Source: a virus. From it: a stretch of DNA of 37,608 bases. A program made the translations under genes and the position numbers. Location of the stretch: the IMG/VR virus record IMGVR_UViG_3300045988_118543, positions 1-37,608 of that record. One strand, given 5' to 3'. Below, one piece after another: positions 6,800 to 16,158 of this stretch (positions are counted from its first letter, which is position 1; each line of letters begins with the position of its first letter). A model generated the notes under the pieces. The model saw only the letters and a program-made list of their open reading frames with translations. It was not told where the DNA came from and did no database searches.

Positions 6800-7454
6800 T
6801 GTCGGCCTCCACCATGACATCGGTTGATCCTAGTTTCATTTCGTTGATCAATTGTTTCACCTCGTTAATCGCTGTTTGTAATTCTTGAGGTGTAACCAAA
6901 TCTTCCGGATTTATATCGCCAAATCGATTAATGATATTACTCATTTCTTGAATTTTGCCATCGATACTAGGTTTCATCTCATTCCATTGATCTGCTGCAC
7001 TGTTTGCAGCACTAGCAGCACTATTCGCTGAACTTGTAGCATCTTCAGCTGCTGACTTTATCGATTCAAGTTCATTTGTTGCTGCGATACACTCTTGCGT
7101 TGCTTGTCGTACTTCAGACAATGCGACTTCATATGGATCATCACTTTGATGCGGCGCCTCTGTAACACGAATCAAAAATGGAAAGCTTCCTAATCGATCA
7201 TCAAAAATCAGTTGACCTTTATATCCTCCAGATTTTGCGGTTATATTTTCTGGTATCAAAAAAGAGACCACATTATCCTCAGATATACTGCAGTCTCCTT
7301 TTACTTCCTTATTTTGCGATGTTTCTATTTCATATACACAATTCTTACCTTGTATGTCTTCTGAAACCATAAATTCTGCATATCGTAGAGTATCATACTG
7401 CATACAATCGATGCACGGTGTGACCCCTCGACTCATCAATGATATATAGTTCAT
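6786..7454 (-). CDS. Baseplate upper protein-like (BppU N-domain-like) protein with a coiled-coil C-terminus
   Basis: 222-aa ORF with RBS aggagg. The N-terminal pattern (DIQGKNCVYEI...VSFLIPENITAKSGGYKGQLIF..FPFLIRV) resembles the BppU_N Ig-like domain, followed by an Ala/Ser-rich coiled coil. Confidence 0.5.
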   Translation of the reverse strand: MNYISLMSRGVTPCIDCMQYDTLRYAEFMVSEDIQGKNCVYEIETSQNKEVKGDCSISEDNVVSFLIPENITAKSGGYKGQLIFDDRLGSFPFLIRVTEAPHQSDDPYEVALSEVRQATQECIAATNELESIKSAAEDATSSANSAASAANSAADQWNEMKPSIDGKIQEMSNIINRFGDINPEDLVTPQELQTAINEVKQLINEMKLGSTDVMVEADNESA

Positions 7455-7466
7455 TTTGTGTACCTC

Positions 7467-7967
7467 CTATATTTCTACTTCAATCCAGCGTGCGCCGATA
7501 ATAATGCCGTTTTGCAAATCTAACTCTAGAACTCGTTTTGTACCACCAGAACCTCCTGAGTAGCATTTTGGTCGCAACAATCCACCATCTGGCCAAGATA
7601 GAGAAACGATATTAAACACCGCACCTCCACCAGGATATGCCGCACCACCTTGATTCTGCCCCATCCATTGACCGTTGTAATACATGGCAACGTGACCATA
7701 TCCTCCTCCGTATGCATTGGTCCATACTCCAATATCACCGTTTTGAGGATTACCTGTCACAATATCATGATTGTTCAGAATTCCATTACTGTTCCTCTGC
7801 TCCCATAAATCACGGGCTCCTCCGGTAGCAGTACAATGAATCGGATTGTACCCTAGCCATTGATCATAGAACGCATATCCGTCCCAGCACTGAGCACCGT
7901 AATATCCGTCAACATCATGACCGGTGCCGTTATACGTATCGATAAACGTTTGAAATGACTGCGCCAT
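7467..7967 (-). CDS. Tail-associated CHAP-domain peptidoglycan hydrolase
   Basis: DVDGYYGAQCWDG, GHVAMY and GQNQGG...FNIVSL...RPKCY are clearly paralogous to the endolysin N-terminus. The ATG at 7967 overlaps the Tal stop (TGATG), with an aggag RBS. Confidence 0.8.
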   Translation of the reverse strand: MAQSFQTFIDTYNGTGHDVDGYYGAQCWDGYAFYDQWLGYNPIHCTATGGARDLWEQRNSNGILNNHDIVTGNPQNGDIGVWTNAYGGGYGHVAMYYNGQWMGQNQGGAAYPGGGAVFNIVSLSWPDGGLLRPKCYSGGSGGTKRVLELDLQNGIIIGARWIEVEI

Positions 7968-9793
7968 CAATTGACTCCTGTAACGATCCCTTTTTCAACA
8001 GTTAATGAATTTTCGACTCTGTATGTTCCGGTCAGTCCGCCTTTTCCATTAATCGTAAGCACGGGTGTTCTGATTTGGATTGATTTATCATTTCCGCTTC
8101 GAGTCAAGAATATACTGCAGCTATCATCCCCGCTGAATGGAACAATATTAATTGACCCCGATCCATTATTGATATTCCCCCACATGTTGATTACTGGTTT
8201 ATTATCTGTTCCTGAATCAAGAGGTCCAACTGTGATTCCTGATGCTGAAAAGTTACCATCCGTAGCTTGTGTACCTAAATATAACCAATTTCCTATACCA
8301 ACATCTTTATAGGTGTTCAAGATTCCCTTGAACTCTCCGTCATTCATGACTAGCTCTCCAGTCTCCATGTTTAAATAGAATGTTCCATTCAAATCCGAAA
8401 GAATACCAGTGATTATATAATCAGCATGAATCGAACGATAATCTATAGCGGTTCCCCATTTCCAATCACTGCCGTCTTCTGTTCTCTCCATTGCAAGCAT
8501 CAAGCCCTGTGTTCCCAGACACAATGCACCATAGGAAGGAGATTCTGGATCTGTATCTTGCATCAAGATTGCTTTAACTTCTGTTTTATTCGCCCTGTCC
8601 TTTTGTGCCATCAACACGGCATTGGCAGCACTGATAACACCTTGCACTTTTTCTGCAATTACCGTATTTGTTTCTACATTTATTACTTTTTCAACCGCCG
8701 TCTTAACTGAATCGACATCATCAAAATAGTTATAAGATAATTCTCCTATTTCTACAGAATTGACTTTTTTCAAGATTGCATCCCAGATTAAACGAACAAC
8801 CCTGGTTTCAGATACAACATCAATGCGTTTGTTTCGACAGTGAACCGTATCACCCAGGCACACCTGTTCAAGTTCCTTTACATCTTCATATTCCTTTGAA
8901 TTTTGCAAAAGAAAAACATTGATTTCCCCACTTACAGTAGGTGCATCAATGCCAAGTTCAAACTGCTCCTGTGCTGCATTCCGTAAAGCTGCGTCCAGTT
9001 GTTCCTGTGTATCACATACGATGATGCCATTTTCTTCATCATCTTCCTGTGCATCTTCACGCATCTTGATATTACTAAATTCCATTGCCTTTTTATGGAC
9101 AATTCGATATTTATCAAGATTTGGACTGTCTACGACACCATTATTTGTCATAGTATGGCCGTTATAAGCTTTCGGTTTGATACGAGTTACGATATCTCGC
9201 ATATCTGTACTGATATGCATGCCATTCATATTCTTTCCGTAACGAATCTCTACATTTCTGTCAGATCCAACACGATTATTTACTGACACATGAAAATTAT
9301 CAAAATATATTTCTCCACCCCACCTTGAGATAAAGGAATTTTCATCTGAACCATTTAACGCCTCCATCAGGTTTTTGTCCACATAATAGGCTGTCGATAA
9401 TCGCAATATATCCGATGATCCAGTGTATTTAGAATTTGTGATAATTGAGTCCAATGCACCCTGACCATTCGTATCGGTCGGGCGTTTATCATCAATCCAG
9501 CAATCATCCATACTGTCATAGAAAATATGTTCCAGATCACATGTAACACCCTTATTATCATCAATATCATAGTTAACGATACGATACAGTTGTTTTTTTC
9601 CATCGGAAGCCGGTACTTTTATAACCGCATCATCCTGTATCCACTTCCACCTTCCATCCTCATCTAATGGATGATCTAACGATCCTAACCAGTCTCCATT
9701 CAATGTTGAATCTAAAAGACATTTGGTAGGAGTCAGTACAATATCACCGTTTTGATCATAATTGGTGTTTCCTTTTTTATATAATTGAATCAT
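7967..9793 (-). CDS. Tail-associated lysin-like / tail tip protein (Tal, prophage tail endopeptidase-type minor structural protein)
   Basis: The N-terminus MIQLYKKGNTNYDQNGDIVLTP... is typical of siphophage Tal proteins, and the gene sits directly after Dit. The ATG at 9793 overlaps the Dit stop (ATGA), with a ggaggtgg RBS. Confidence 0.75.
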   Translation of the reverse strand: MIQLYKKGNTNYDQNGDIVLTPTKCLLDSTLNGDWLGSLDHPLDEDGRWKWIQDDAVIKVPASDGKKQLYRIVNYDIDDNKGVTCDLEHIFYDSMDDCWIDDKRPTDTNGQGALDSIITNSKYTGSSDILRLSTAYYVDKNLMEALNGSDENSFISRWGGEIYFDNFHVSVNNRVGSDRNVEIRYGKNMNGMHISTDMRDIVTRIKPKAYNGHTMTNNGVVDSPNLDKYRIVHKKAMEFSNIKMREDAQEDDEENGIIVCDTQEQLDAALRNAAQEQFELGIDAPTVSGEINVFLLQNSKEYEDVKELEQVCLGDTVHCRNKRIDVVSETRVVRLIWDAILKKVNSVEIGELSYNYFDDVDSVKTAVEKVINVETNTVIAEKVQGVISAANAVLMAQKDRANKTEVKAILMQDTDPESPSYGALCLGTQGLMLAMERTEDGSDWKWGTAIDYRSIHADYIITGILSDLNGTFYLNMETGELVMNDGEFKGILNTYKDVGIGNWLYLGTQATDGNFSASGITVGPLDSGTDNKPVINMWGNINNGSGSINIVPFSGDDSCSIFLTRSGNDKSIQIRTPVLTINGKGGLTGTYRVENSLTVEKGIVTGVN

Positions 9794-10506
9794 GGATGCA
9801 ACCACCTCCAGCGTGGTTTTAAAGTTAAAACAAATCCAGGAGATATCGTAATTGTATTCACTCCTGGATTTAAATAATAATCTTCAAAATCACCATTTAT
9901 AAGGGTATTAGCTAGATTTTTTGAAGACGCCAATATTACTTCCTGACGTTCTGTATCAATGCAAACCGGCTCTGTTAAATCTAAATCTAATGTGTTTCCA
10001 TTGACTGTCAATGTACATTTTCCTGTTCCTTCAATTCGGTAGATTGGTTCCGATACGCTATAAATGTTGATTATTTGATTATTCAATACATTTATGAATC
10101 GATCACCATCTTTTTGATATACTCCGGGATCACAAGTAATCGTTAACTGAAATTCGATAGAAATATCTGAGTATCTATCATAATCACTTATTTCAACATG
10201 TTTTATCCTGAAATAGCTCGACTCCATGCCTTCCAAAGATAAGCACTTTGATTGCATAAGACGACTTATGAATTGTTGATATTGTAAATCAACGCTTACC
10301 GCATCAATTAAAGTGATATCGCAATCCATCGTTATGATTGTGTCGCTATAGGTGCCATCTGTACTGGTCAGTGTACCTTTTCTTCCTGGGATGGAAATTT
10401 GTGTATAATTTGGTGATCCATATTGTATCGTTGGATAGCTATCAATTATACGCACTCCGTAGGATGCGCTATAGATCTGATCTGTTTGAAAAGTATATTC
10501 TATCAT
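9790..10506 (-). CDS. Distal tail protein (Dit, Sipho_tail-like)
   Basis: 238-aa ORF between the tape measure and Tal, in the canonical position and of canonical size. It overlaps both neighbours. Confidence 0.7.
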   Translation of the reverse strand: MIEYTFQTDQIYSASYGVRIIDSYPTIQYGSPNYTQISIPGRKGTLTSTDGTYSDTIITMDCDITLIDAVSVDLQYQQFISRLMQSKCLSLEGMESSYFRIKHVEISDYDRYSDISIEFQLTITCDPGVYQKDGDRFINVLNNQIINIYSVSEPIYRIEGTGKCTLTVNGNTLDLDLTEPVCIDTERQEVILASSKNLANTLINGDFEDYYLNPGVNTITISPGFVLTLKPRWRWLHP

Positions 10507-12530
10507 TTCTTATAACGCCCCTTTCCTTTCTGGTCGCGACTGATCTTCTTGATCGTTGCCTTCGTTGTTTTCTCAACAAGCGTATCACTATCGACTACGA
10601 ACTGATTATTGATAATGATTGGTGCATCATCCGTAGAGCCTGTATCCGTACCATTAGAATCATCAATATATGCGGCTGCAGGATGATCGTATGCCCTGCC
10701 CTGTGCAGAGGATACGAATCTAGATGCCACTTCCTTCTTGCTGGCATCAAAGGCCGCCTGTGTCGATCTTGTGGCTGCCTTTTCCAGTTCCGGTGTTTTC
10801 TCATCAAGGCCCTCTGCCTCGCCTTCGACCCAGTTATAACCAATTTCTTTTTTGGCCCTTCTGGAAGGAGAGTGAATGCCGAGCCAACCTAAGACTGAAT
10901 CAAAAGCTCCTTGAACACAGCTTACCGCTTTGTCAATCAGCCATGATCCCATGCTTGCAATACCATTTCCAATGCCTCGTATTATATTCATACCTACATC
11001 CAGCCAATCAATATTCTGGATATAGTTGATCATATTCGATACGACATCACCAAGTCCTGCAATCAAGGATGGTATTGCACTTAATATACCTTTTATCAAT
11101 TCGCCTAACAATTGCACTCCAGTAGTTAAGATATTAGGTAAATGCTGGATCAATGATCCTATGAAATTAGCAATAATCGTTGGGACTTGTCTAACAAGCT
11201 CCGGAATACTATCAACGATACCTTGTACTAAACTCAAAAATAACTGATTGGCCGAATCCCATAGCTTTGGAAGGTTACTAATAAGACCACTTACAAAATT
11301 GGCCACCGCTTGAACTGCCAGTGGTATCAATTCCGGTAATTTAGCAGATATACTATCAAACAATTGACTAATCAGCTGGACACCGCCAGCAGCTATTTGA
11401 TAGCCATTCTCTGACAACGTAGTTAAGAACTGTTGAATCACTAATAATGCTGCATTGATCAAGGATGGCAATGCCATAGCAATTCCTTGTACCAGTGAAC
11501 CTAATATCGTTGTCGCAGTATTAAAAACAGCTGGTAACTGTGAACTCATACCGTTCAAAAGATTGGTGATGACCCCTGCCCCAGCTTCAAACATTCCTTC
11601 AAGACCGCCCTCTTCGAACGCACTTGAAAGGGTTGATAATGCTTCATTGGCCGCCGGAAGAATACTGTTTGTCATCTCTTCCGAGATTGGTTTCATGATA
11701 TCGCCAAGCAGTTGCTGTGCATTGTCTTTTAAAGTAGACATCTGACCTTCAAAGGTCTTGGATTGTTTCTCCATTGACTGGAAATACTTTCCACCTTCAG
11801 AAGTTGCTCGCTCCATCGATGCTGTGATTTCATCAACAGACAACGTACCATTGGAAATACGATCGTATAAGCTTTCCATTGATTCCCCTGTACTTTCAGA
11901 AATTTCCTGAAGAGGGTTGAATCCAGCTTCGATCATCTGCTTGATATCCTCAAGCTGTACTTTTCCAGCTGAGCTCATCTGACCATATGCAGTGGCAATA
12001 CGCGACATCTTATCTGCAGACCCCTGAGAGATATCTCCCAGCATCATCATCTTGTCCATTGCCTCATCAGCCGTGAACCCATAGTTCATCAGCAACTGTG
12101 TTGTATCGGCCAACTCAGGTAATTCAAATGGAGTTTCTGCTCCAACCTTTTTCAATTTATCGATGACTTCAGCAGCTTTTTCAGCCGATCCTGTCATTAC
12201 TTCAAACGAAGTCTGATAAGTTTCAATGGATGCATTGTATTTAACACCTGCAACCGCCAATCCGCCCATTGCAGCCGTGACACCTGCAATCGCTGCAATA
12301 GATGCCTGTGCTGCTACTTTAGCAGCTGAGCTTACGGCAGAAAATCCTTTTTTCGACAGTGATCCAAGTGAATTAAAAGCGGACTTCCAGCCTTTGGTGG
12401 AGTTATCTCCCTGCTTGCTAACATTGTCCGCTGTTTGTTTGGCTTCTTTTTCTGTTTGTTTCAGACCGGTCTTGAGCCCGTTTTTATCAACGCTCACGCC
12501 AATCTTAATATCACCATCATTGCTTGCCAC
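10503..12530 (-). CDS. Tail tape measure protein
   Basis: 675 aa, Ala/Gly/Ile-rich and helical, with repetitive hydrophobic segments. It follows the chaperone genes. GTG start with an aggtgag RBS. Confidence 0.85.
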   Translation of the reverse strand: MASNDGDIKIGVSVDKNGLKTGLKQTEKEAKQTADNVSKQGDNSTKGWKSAFNSLGSLSKKGFSAVSSAAKVAAQASIAAIAGVTAAMGGLAVAGVKYNASIETYQTSFEVMTGSAEKAAEVIDKLKKVGAETPFELPELADTTQLLMNYGFTADEAMDKMMMLGDISQGSADKMSRIATAYGQMSSAGKVQLEDIKQMIEAGFNPLQEISESTGESMESLYDRISNGTLSVDEITASMERATSEGGKYFQSMEKQSKTFEGQMSTLKDNAQQLLGDIMKPISEEMTNSILPAANEALSTLSSAFEEGGLEGMFEAGAGVITNLLNGMSSQLPAVFNTATTILGSLVQGIAMALPSLINAALLVIQQFLTTLSENGYQIAAGGVQLISQLFDSISAKLPELIPLAVQAVANFVSGLISNLPKLWDSANQLFLSLVQGIVDSIPELVRQVPTIIANFIGSLIQHLPNILTTGVQLLGELIKGILSAIPSLIAGLGDVVSNMINYIQNIDWLDVGMNIIRGIGNGIASMGSWLIDKAVSCVQGAFDSVLGWLGIHSPSRRAKKEIGYNWVEGEAEGLDEKTPELEKAATRSTQAAFDASKKEVASRFVSSAQGRAYDHPAAAYIDDSNGTDTGSTDDAPIIINNQFVVDSDTLVEKTTKATIKKISRDQKGKGRYKK

Positions 12531-12576
12531 TCTTTCTCACCTGCCTTTGTGTGAGAGCAACTGGCACATGATGGCT

Positions 12577-12738
12577 CTATCTGCTCTGTTTCCCTTTATT
12601 GATTTTTATTTCGAAAATTTGTTTGCACTTCTTATTCTTACATCGCACTGTGATGCCCTGACATTCTGCATTGTCATGAATAATCATGGGCATTTCATAG
12701 CCACAGTGAGGACAGACTACTTTTCTTGTTTGTGACAT
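12577..12738 (-). CDS. Small zinc-ribbon protein (53 aa, not in the ORF track)
   Basis: Hand translation gives MSQTRKVVCPHCGYEMPMIIHDNAECQGITVRCKNKKCKQIFEIKINKGKQSR, with a CxxC...CxxxxC pattern. It fills an otherwise empty gap between Gp15-like and the tape measure. RBS gagg lies upstream. Confidence 0.5.
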   Translation of the reverse strand: MSQTRKVVCPHCGYEMPMIIHDNAECQGITVRCKNKKCKQIFEIKINKGKQSR

Positions 12739-13349
12739 TCTTCCATCCTCTTTCGAACGTACTCCTTCATCTTAGCATTTCGTCTAGCCAGTTTGACTTT
12801 TTTATCAACCTTGATCTGTTCCGTATGGATCGCATATCTTTTTTTCATGTTCTTGATGAATTTCTTCTCAGATTTTGGAACATCCTTAAGATTGACCGTT
12901 CGCCAATACATCACCTTTGAGATAAGATGATCTTCATTCAAACTGTTGAACATGGCCAGGAATTCCCACCAGTGCAGATCTCTGTCTCTTGTCTGATTCA
13001 GGTTGATACCATACTGGCTTCGGAAAGCTGCATAGATCATAGAAGCATCCTGGTCAAAATCATATGCTCTTTTACCGGAAGAAGATCCCTGACCTGTACC
13101 CGTTTCTTCACTGGATATACCACCACTGAAGAAATACAGAAATTGACGCATGGCTTCATCCAGATCATCTGGAACATTATCCATGTAAAAGATATTCAAG
13201 ACCTCCATCATTTTCTGTTCATCGGATTTATTTGGAGCAAACAGATCTATCTCGCACAAGATAAGTGCTCTATATCCCCAGTCAACTGGCCAATCCTCTC
13301 CATTGATTTCGACCGATGTAGGAAGTGCATCGATTAGAATATTTTCCAT
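12717..13349 (-). CDS. Phage Gp15-like tail-assembly-associated protein
   Basis: MENILIDALPTSVEINGEDWPVDWGYR... resembles the Gp15 family of A118-like siphophages. The ATG at 13349 overlaps the upstream stop (TGATG). Confidence 0.6.
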   Translation of the reverse strand: MENILIDALPTSVEINGEDWPVDWGYRALILCEIDLFAPNKSDEQKMMEVLNIFYMDNVPDDLDEAMRQFLYFFSGGISSEETGTGQGSSSGKRAYDFDQDASMIYAAFRSQYGINLNQTRDRDLHWWEFLAMFNSLNEDHLISKVMYWRTVNLKDVPKSEKKFIKNMKKRYAIHTEQIKVDKKVKLARRNAKMKEYVRKRMEECHKQEK

Positions 13350-13684
13350 CAATGAATTCGCTTAGTTGAAAACTGAGCAAATTTCTTCTTGTCGGATGCG
13401 ATTGCCTTTAAGAACTGATCATACATTTCATTTGCCTTGAACATGTCTGTACAATCGCCAATGACATCCACCCCTGTCGTTGAAATGAAGAATTTTTTGA
13501 TCATATTGATCCATTTTTCAAGGAACACATACATTCCCAGTTCTCCATCTTCCATCTTGGCCACGCTGGCCTTGATAGCCGCTTCCTCTTCACCCAGGAC
13601 CTTTAATGCCTCTTCATATTTTTTGGCATCTTTCATATCATAGATGTTAAAGCTAATATTCTTTCCATTGATTCTTGTTTTCAT
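13349..13684 (-). CDS. Tail assembly chaperone-like protein
   Basis: The ATG at 13684 lies 2 nt after the major tail stop. The ORF track start at 13819 is an over-extension into the major tail gene. Position between the major tail protein and the tape measure. Confidence 0.55.
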   Translation of the reverse strand: MKTRINGKNISFNIYDMKDAKKYEEALKVLGEEEAAIKASVAKMEDGELGMYVFLEKWINMIKKFFISTTGVDVIGDCTDMFKANEMYDQFLKAIASDKKKFAQFSTKRIH

Positions 13685-13685
13685 A

Positions 13686-14192
13686 CTAAGCACCTGCACT
13701 ATACGTATATTCGGTTGGGTTGTCTCCAACTTTTCTGAATTCGACATCAATTGCAGCTGATTCACCAGCGTTTCCTCCACCATCCGAATTGATGATGATA
13801 GAAACTTTTCCCTTTTCACCTTTTCCAGTCAAAACGTTGAAGTATACATAATCGGTGATAACTTTGTTCCCAGTACCATATTTGATATCATGGCTGAAGA
13901 TATAATCCTGAACTTCATCACCGATATATCTGTCGCCTGAAATTGTGAAAGATCTCTGGTTTCCTGTACGCTGCGTAGACTGTCCGGCACGAATATACGT
14001 TTTGTCCACAGTGATCGGATTCATCTGTGCATCTAGTCCTTCAATGCCAAGCTGAACAACATTGTAATCTGCTTCATCTGTGTCTGGCGTTTCAGGAGTA
14101 GTGCTAATGGCTAAAACAAAATCATCATTGGTTACCCATCCTTCATAATCCGGATTAGGAGTATATCCCTGCATCAATTCACTTAGTTTCAT
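13686..14192 (-). CDS. Major tail protein
   Basis: 168 aa from the ATG at 14192, with a strong RBS aggagg. Position upstream of the chaperones and tape measure. The ORF track start at 14330 is over-extended. Confidence 0.7.
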   Translation of the reverse strand: MKLSELMQGYTPNPDYEGWVTNDDFVLAISTTPETPDTDEADYNVVQLGIEGLDAQMNPITVDKTYIRAGQSTQRTGNQRSFTISGDRYIGDEVQDYIFSHDIKYGTGNKVITDYVYFNVLTGKGEKGKVSIIINSDGGGNAGESAAIDVEFRKVGDNPTEYTYSAGA

Positions 14193-14631
14193 TCCTGTTT
14201 TCCTCCTTGTCAAAATAATTGATTCGACATTGTATCTGATATCTTGCCAGGCCTTCCTTAGGATTGATCCCAGAAAGGTTTGGCATATTTTGTAAATTTT
14301 CAATCTCCTGAATCTGGCAGTCAGGGCCAAAGTCAGGAAAGTTTTTCTTTCTGTTCTGTTCGGTTATCCAATCCATGAATTCCTGAACAAAATTCATGCA
14401 TTCTAGATTCAACATGTCCAGATCCGTTGAATATGGGCGGATAATCGTGATTGTAAATCCATATACTTTTTTTGCCCCTTTAAAGTATCGCTTGATCACA
14501 CGATCGGAATAATCGGTGGTCAATGCGATCTGATCGATTGATTCTGAAGAATAGTTGAACCCCAGGGTCTGTTCTGCTATTTCATCAATCTTTTGCTTAA
14601 AAAACTTATATACTGCATCATGCTTTGTCAT
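14179..14631 (-). CDS. Head-tail joining / tail completion protein (hypothetical)
   Basis: 150-aa ORF in the connector block between the capsid and the major tail protein. Confidence 0.5.
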   Translation of the reverse strand: MTKHDAVYKFFKQKIDEIAEQTLGFNYSSESIDQIALTTDYSDRVIKRYFKGAKKVYGFTITIIRPYSTDLDMLNLECMNFVQEFMDWITEQNRKKNFPDFGPDCQIQEIENLQNMPNLSGINPKEGLARYQIQCRINYFDKEENRNETK

Positions 14632-15074
14632 CTTGATCTACCTTTCAAATAGTTCCTGTACGACTCCAACAGCTCATCCCCTCGTGCGACCATCATCGCT
14701 CTATTCCAGTGGCTGGTTGCTTTAGGATGCCTGAATTTTGAATACGTTAGTTTCCGTGTTGAAGGAACCTTTCCTACATTCGGTCTTGACCAGAACCTTT
14801 CTCCATCTGTAAAGGCTCCTGTCTTGTATTTAGGATCTTCGTACAATTTACCTTCCCACTGATAATGGGCATACGGGCTTATATAATGTACGATTCCACT
14901 ATCTCCCTGTGTATAGGTTCGAACGTTCTGTGCCAGGACCAAGTTATCTGCAGGCACATAAGGGTCCATCAAACGTTCTGCCTCATTGGCTAAAAAGAGA
15001 AGACCAGCATCTCCTCCGGTCTTCTCTTCAATGATCGTATTTGTTGGTTTCAGCCATCGAAAACCACTGCTCAT
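14628..15074 (-). CDS. Head-tail joining protein (minor capsid protein-like)
   Basis: 148-aa ORF. Synteny matches A118/SPP1-like connector genes. Confidence 0.5.
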   Translation of the reverse strand: MSSGFRWLKPTNTIIEEKTGGDAGLLFLANEAERLMDPYVPADNLVLAQNVRTYTQGDSGIVHYISPYAHYQWEGKLYEDPKYKTGAFTDGERFWSRPNVGKVPSTRKLTYSKFRHPKATSHWNRAMMVARGDELLESYRNYLKGRSR

Positions 15075-15076
15075 GA

Positions 15077-15436
15077 TCAGCCTCCTAATCGAATATGTTT
15101 TCCAAATCGATAGCGTGTGTTATCACTAATCGAAGTGATACGGAATGCATCCGGCTTATATCTATGTAGCAATTGGGTCGCATTCATATCCTGCCCTATT
15201 TCATCGTTTACAGAGCCATACACAACGATATCATCCAGCGACACATCTATATCCTCTTGAGGAATTCGTACTGTGTACGTATTGCTTTTGGTAACATCCG
15301 TACCATTCTGGGATATTGTTGTTTCACATTTGTAGAAACAATTTACAATTACCTTGCTAGACCATTCTTCTTTTCGATCAACAATTACTTTGTGAAAAAG
15401 CGTAATGGTATGCGTATAGTTTGGATTTGGCATCAT
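15077..15436 (-). CDS. Head-tail joining / head closure protein (hypothetical)
   Basis: 119-aa ORF in the connector block. Confidence 0.5.
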   Translation of the reverse strand: MMPNPNYTHTITLFHKVIVDRKEEWSSKVIVNCFYKCETTISQNGTDVTKSNTYTVRIPQEDIDVSLDDIVVYGSVNDEIGQDMNATQLLHRYKPDAFRITSISDNTRYRFGKHIRLGG

Positions 15437-15834
15437 AGACCTCGATACATCAATCCTGTTCGGCTCAGATACTTGCTAACGATACCGTAGATAACAGAAG
15501 GTTTAGCTGAATCAGAATACTTCTCTTTCATGGCTGAGACATCATATGTAGCACTTTCCCCATCATTGGAATAAGAACTTAACGTCCCTGTTGTTCCATC
15601 TTCAGAAATACTCTCTGTATATCGATACTGCTCAAACAAATACTCAGCTAATTCACATAGACAATCTTTTACATCATTATTGATCAAAGATTCATCTTCT
15701 TTGATTCGGTCAAAAGTAAGATGGTCTAATTCCCTTTTTGCTTGCTTTATCCAAAAAAGAAAATCTTCATCGCTTAAAATTGGAGTGCGATTCATGAGAT
15801 ACATGTCGATATAGTAATGATAATCTACATACAT
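15433..15834 (-). CDS. Head-tail connector (adaptor) protein-like
   Basis: The ATG at 15834 overlaps the upstream stop (TGATG). Position is just after the capsid genes. Confidence 0.5.
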   Translation of the reverse strand: MYVDYHYYIDMYLMNRTPILSDEDFLFWIKQAKRELDHLTFDRIKEDESLINNDVKDCLCELAEYLFEQYRYTESISEDGTTGTLSSYSNDGESATYDVSAMKEKYSDSAKPSVIYGIVSKYLSRTGLMYRGL

Positions 15835-16142
15835 CACTGCATCAGTCCTGCCGTCTTCAAAGCCTGGATGATAGCATTGATTGCAGTTTTGTTAGCATTA
15901 GCTAAGGTTACGATGGCCTGAATCTCTGCTTGTGTATAAGCTTCCCCCGGTGCAGTAGCATCGGCAGCAGAAACAGGCGATACAGAAGTAGCCGGAGTGA
16001 ATTCACTCTCCGGGATATCCGGCTTGGTGTAATTGTCGGCAATATATTGGATGACCTCGGCATTTGTATCCCCGGGGATAGATGAAGCCTCACTGTCAAG
16101 CAGTTTGGCAGCAAGAGCTTTTAATGCATTAACATTAGACAT
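15834..16142 (-). CDS. Hypothetical head-associated protein
   Basis: 102-aa Ala-rich ORF directly after the major capsid gene. C-terminus is AINAIIQALKTAGLMQ. Confidence 0.5.
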   Translation of the reverse strand: MSNVNALKALAAKLLDSEASSIPGDTNAEVIQYIADNYTKPDIPESEFTPATSVSPVSAADATAPGEAYTQAEIQAIVTLANANKTAINAIIQALKTAGLMQ

Positions 16143-16158
16143 AGATCATTCCTCCTTG

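Noticed and set aside
13349-14330. Long overlaps between ORFs 13349..13819, 13686..14330 and 14179..14631, which could suggest programmed frameshifting or nested genes.
   Set aside because: The overlaps disappear when internal ATGs with strong SDs are used (13684 and 14192). The upstream extensions have no RBS and non-protein-like sequence. I saw no slippery heptamer, although I did not check every position exhaustively.
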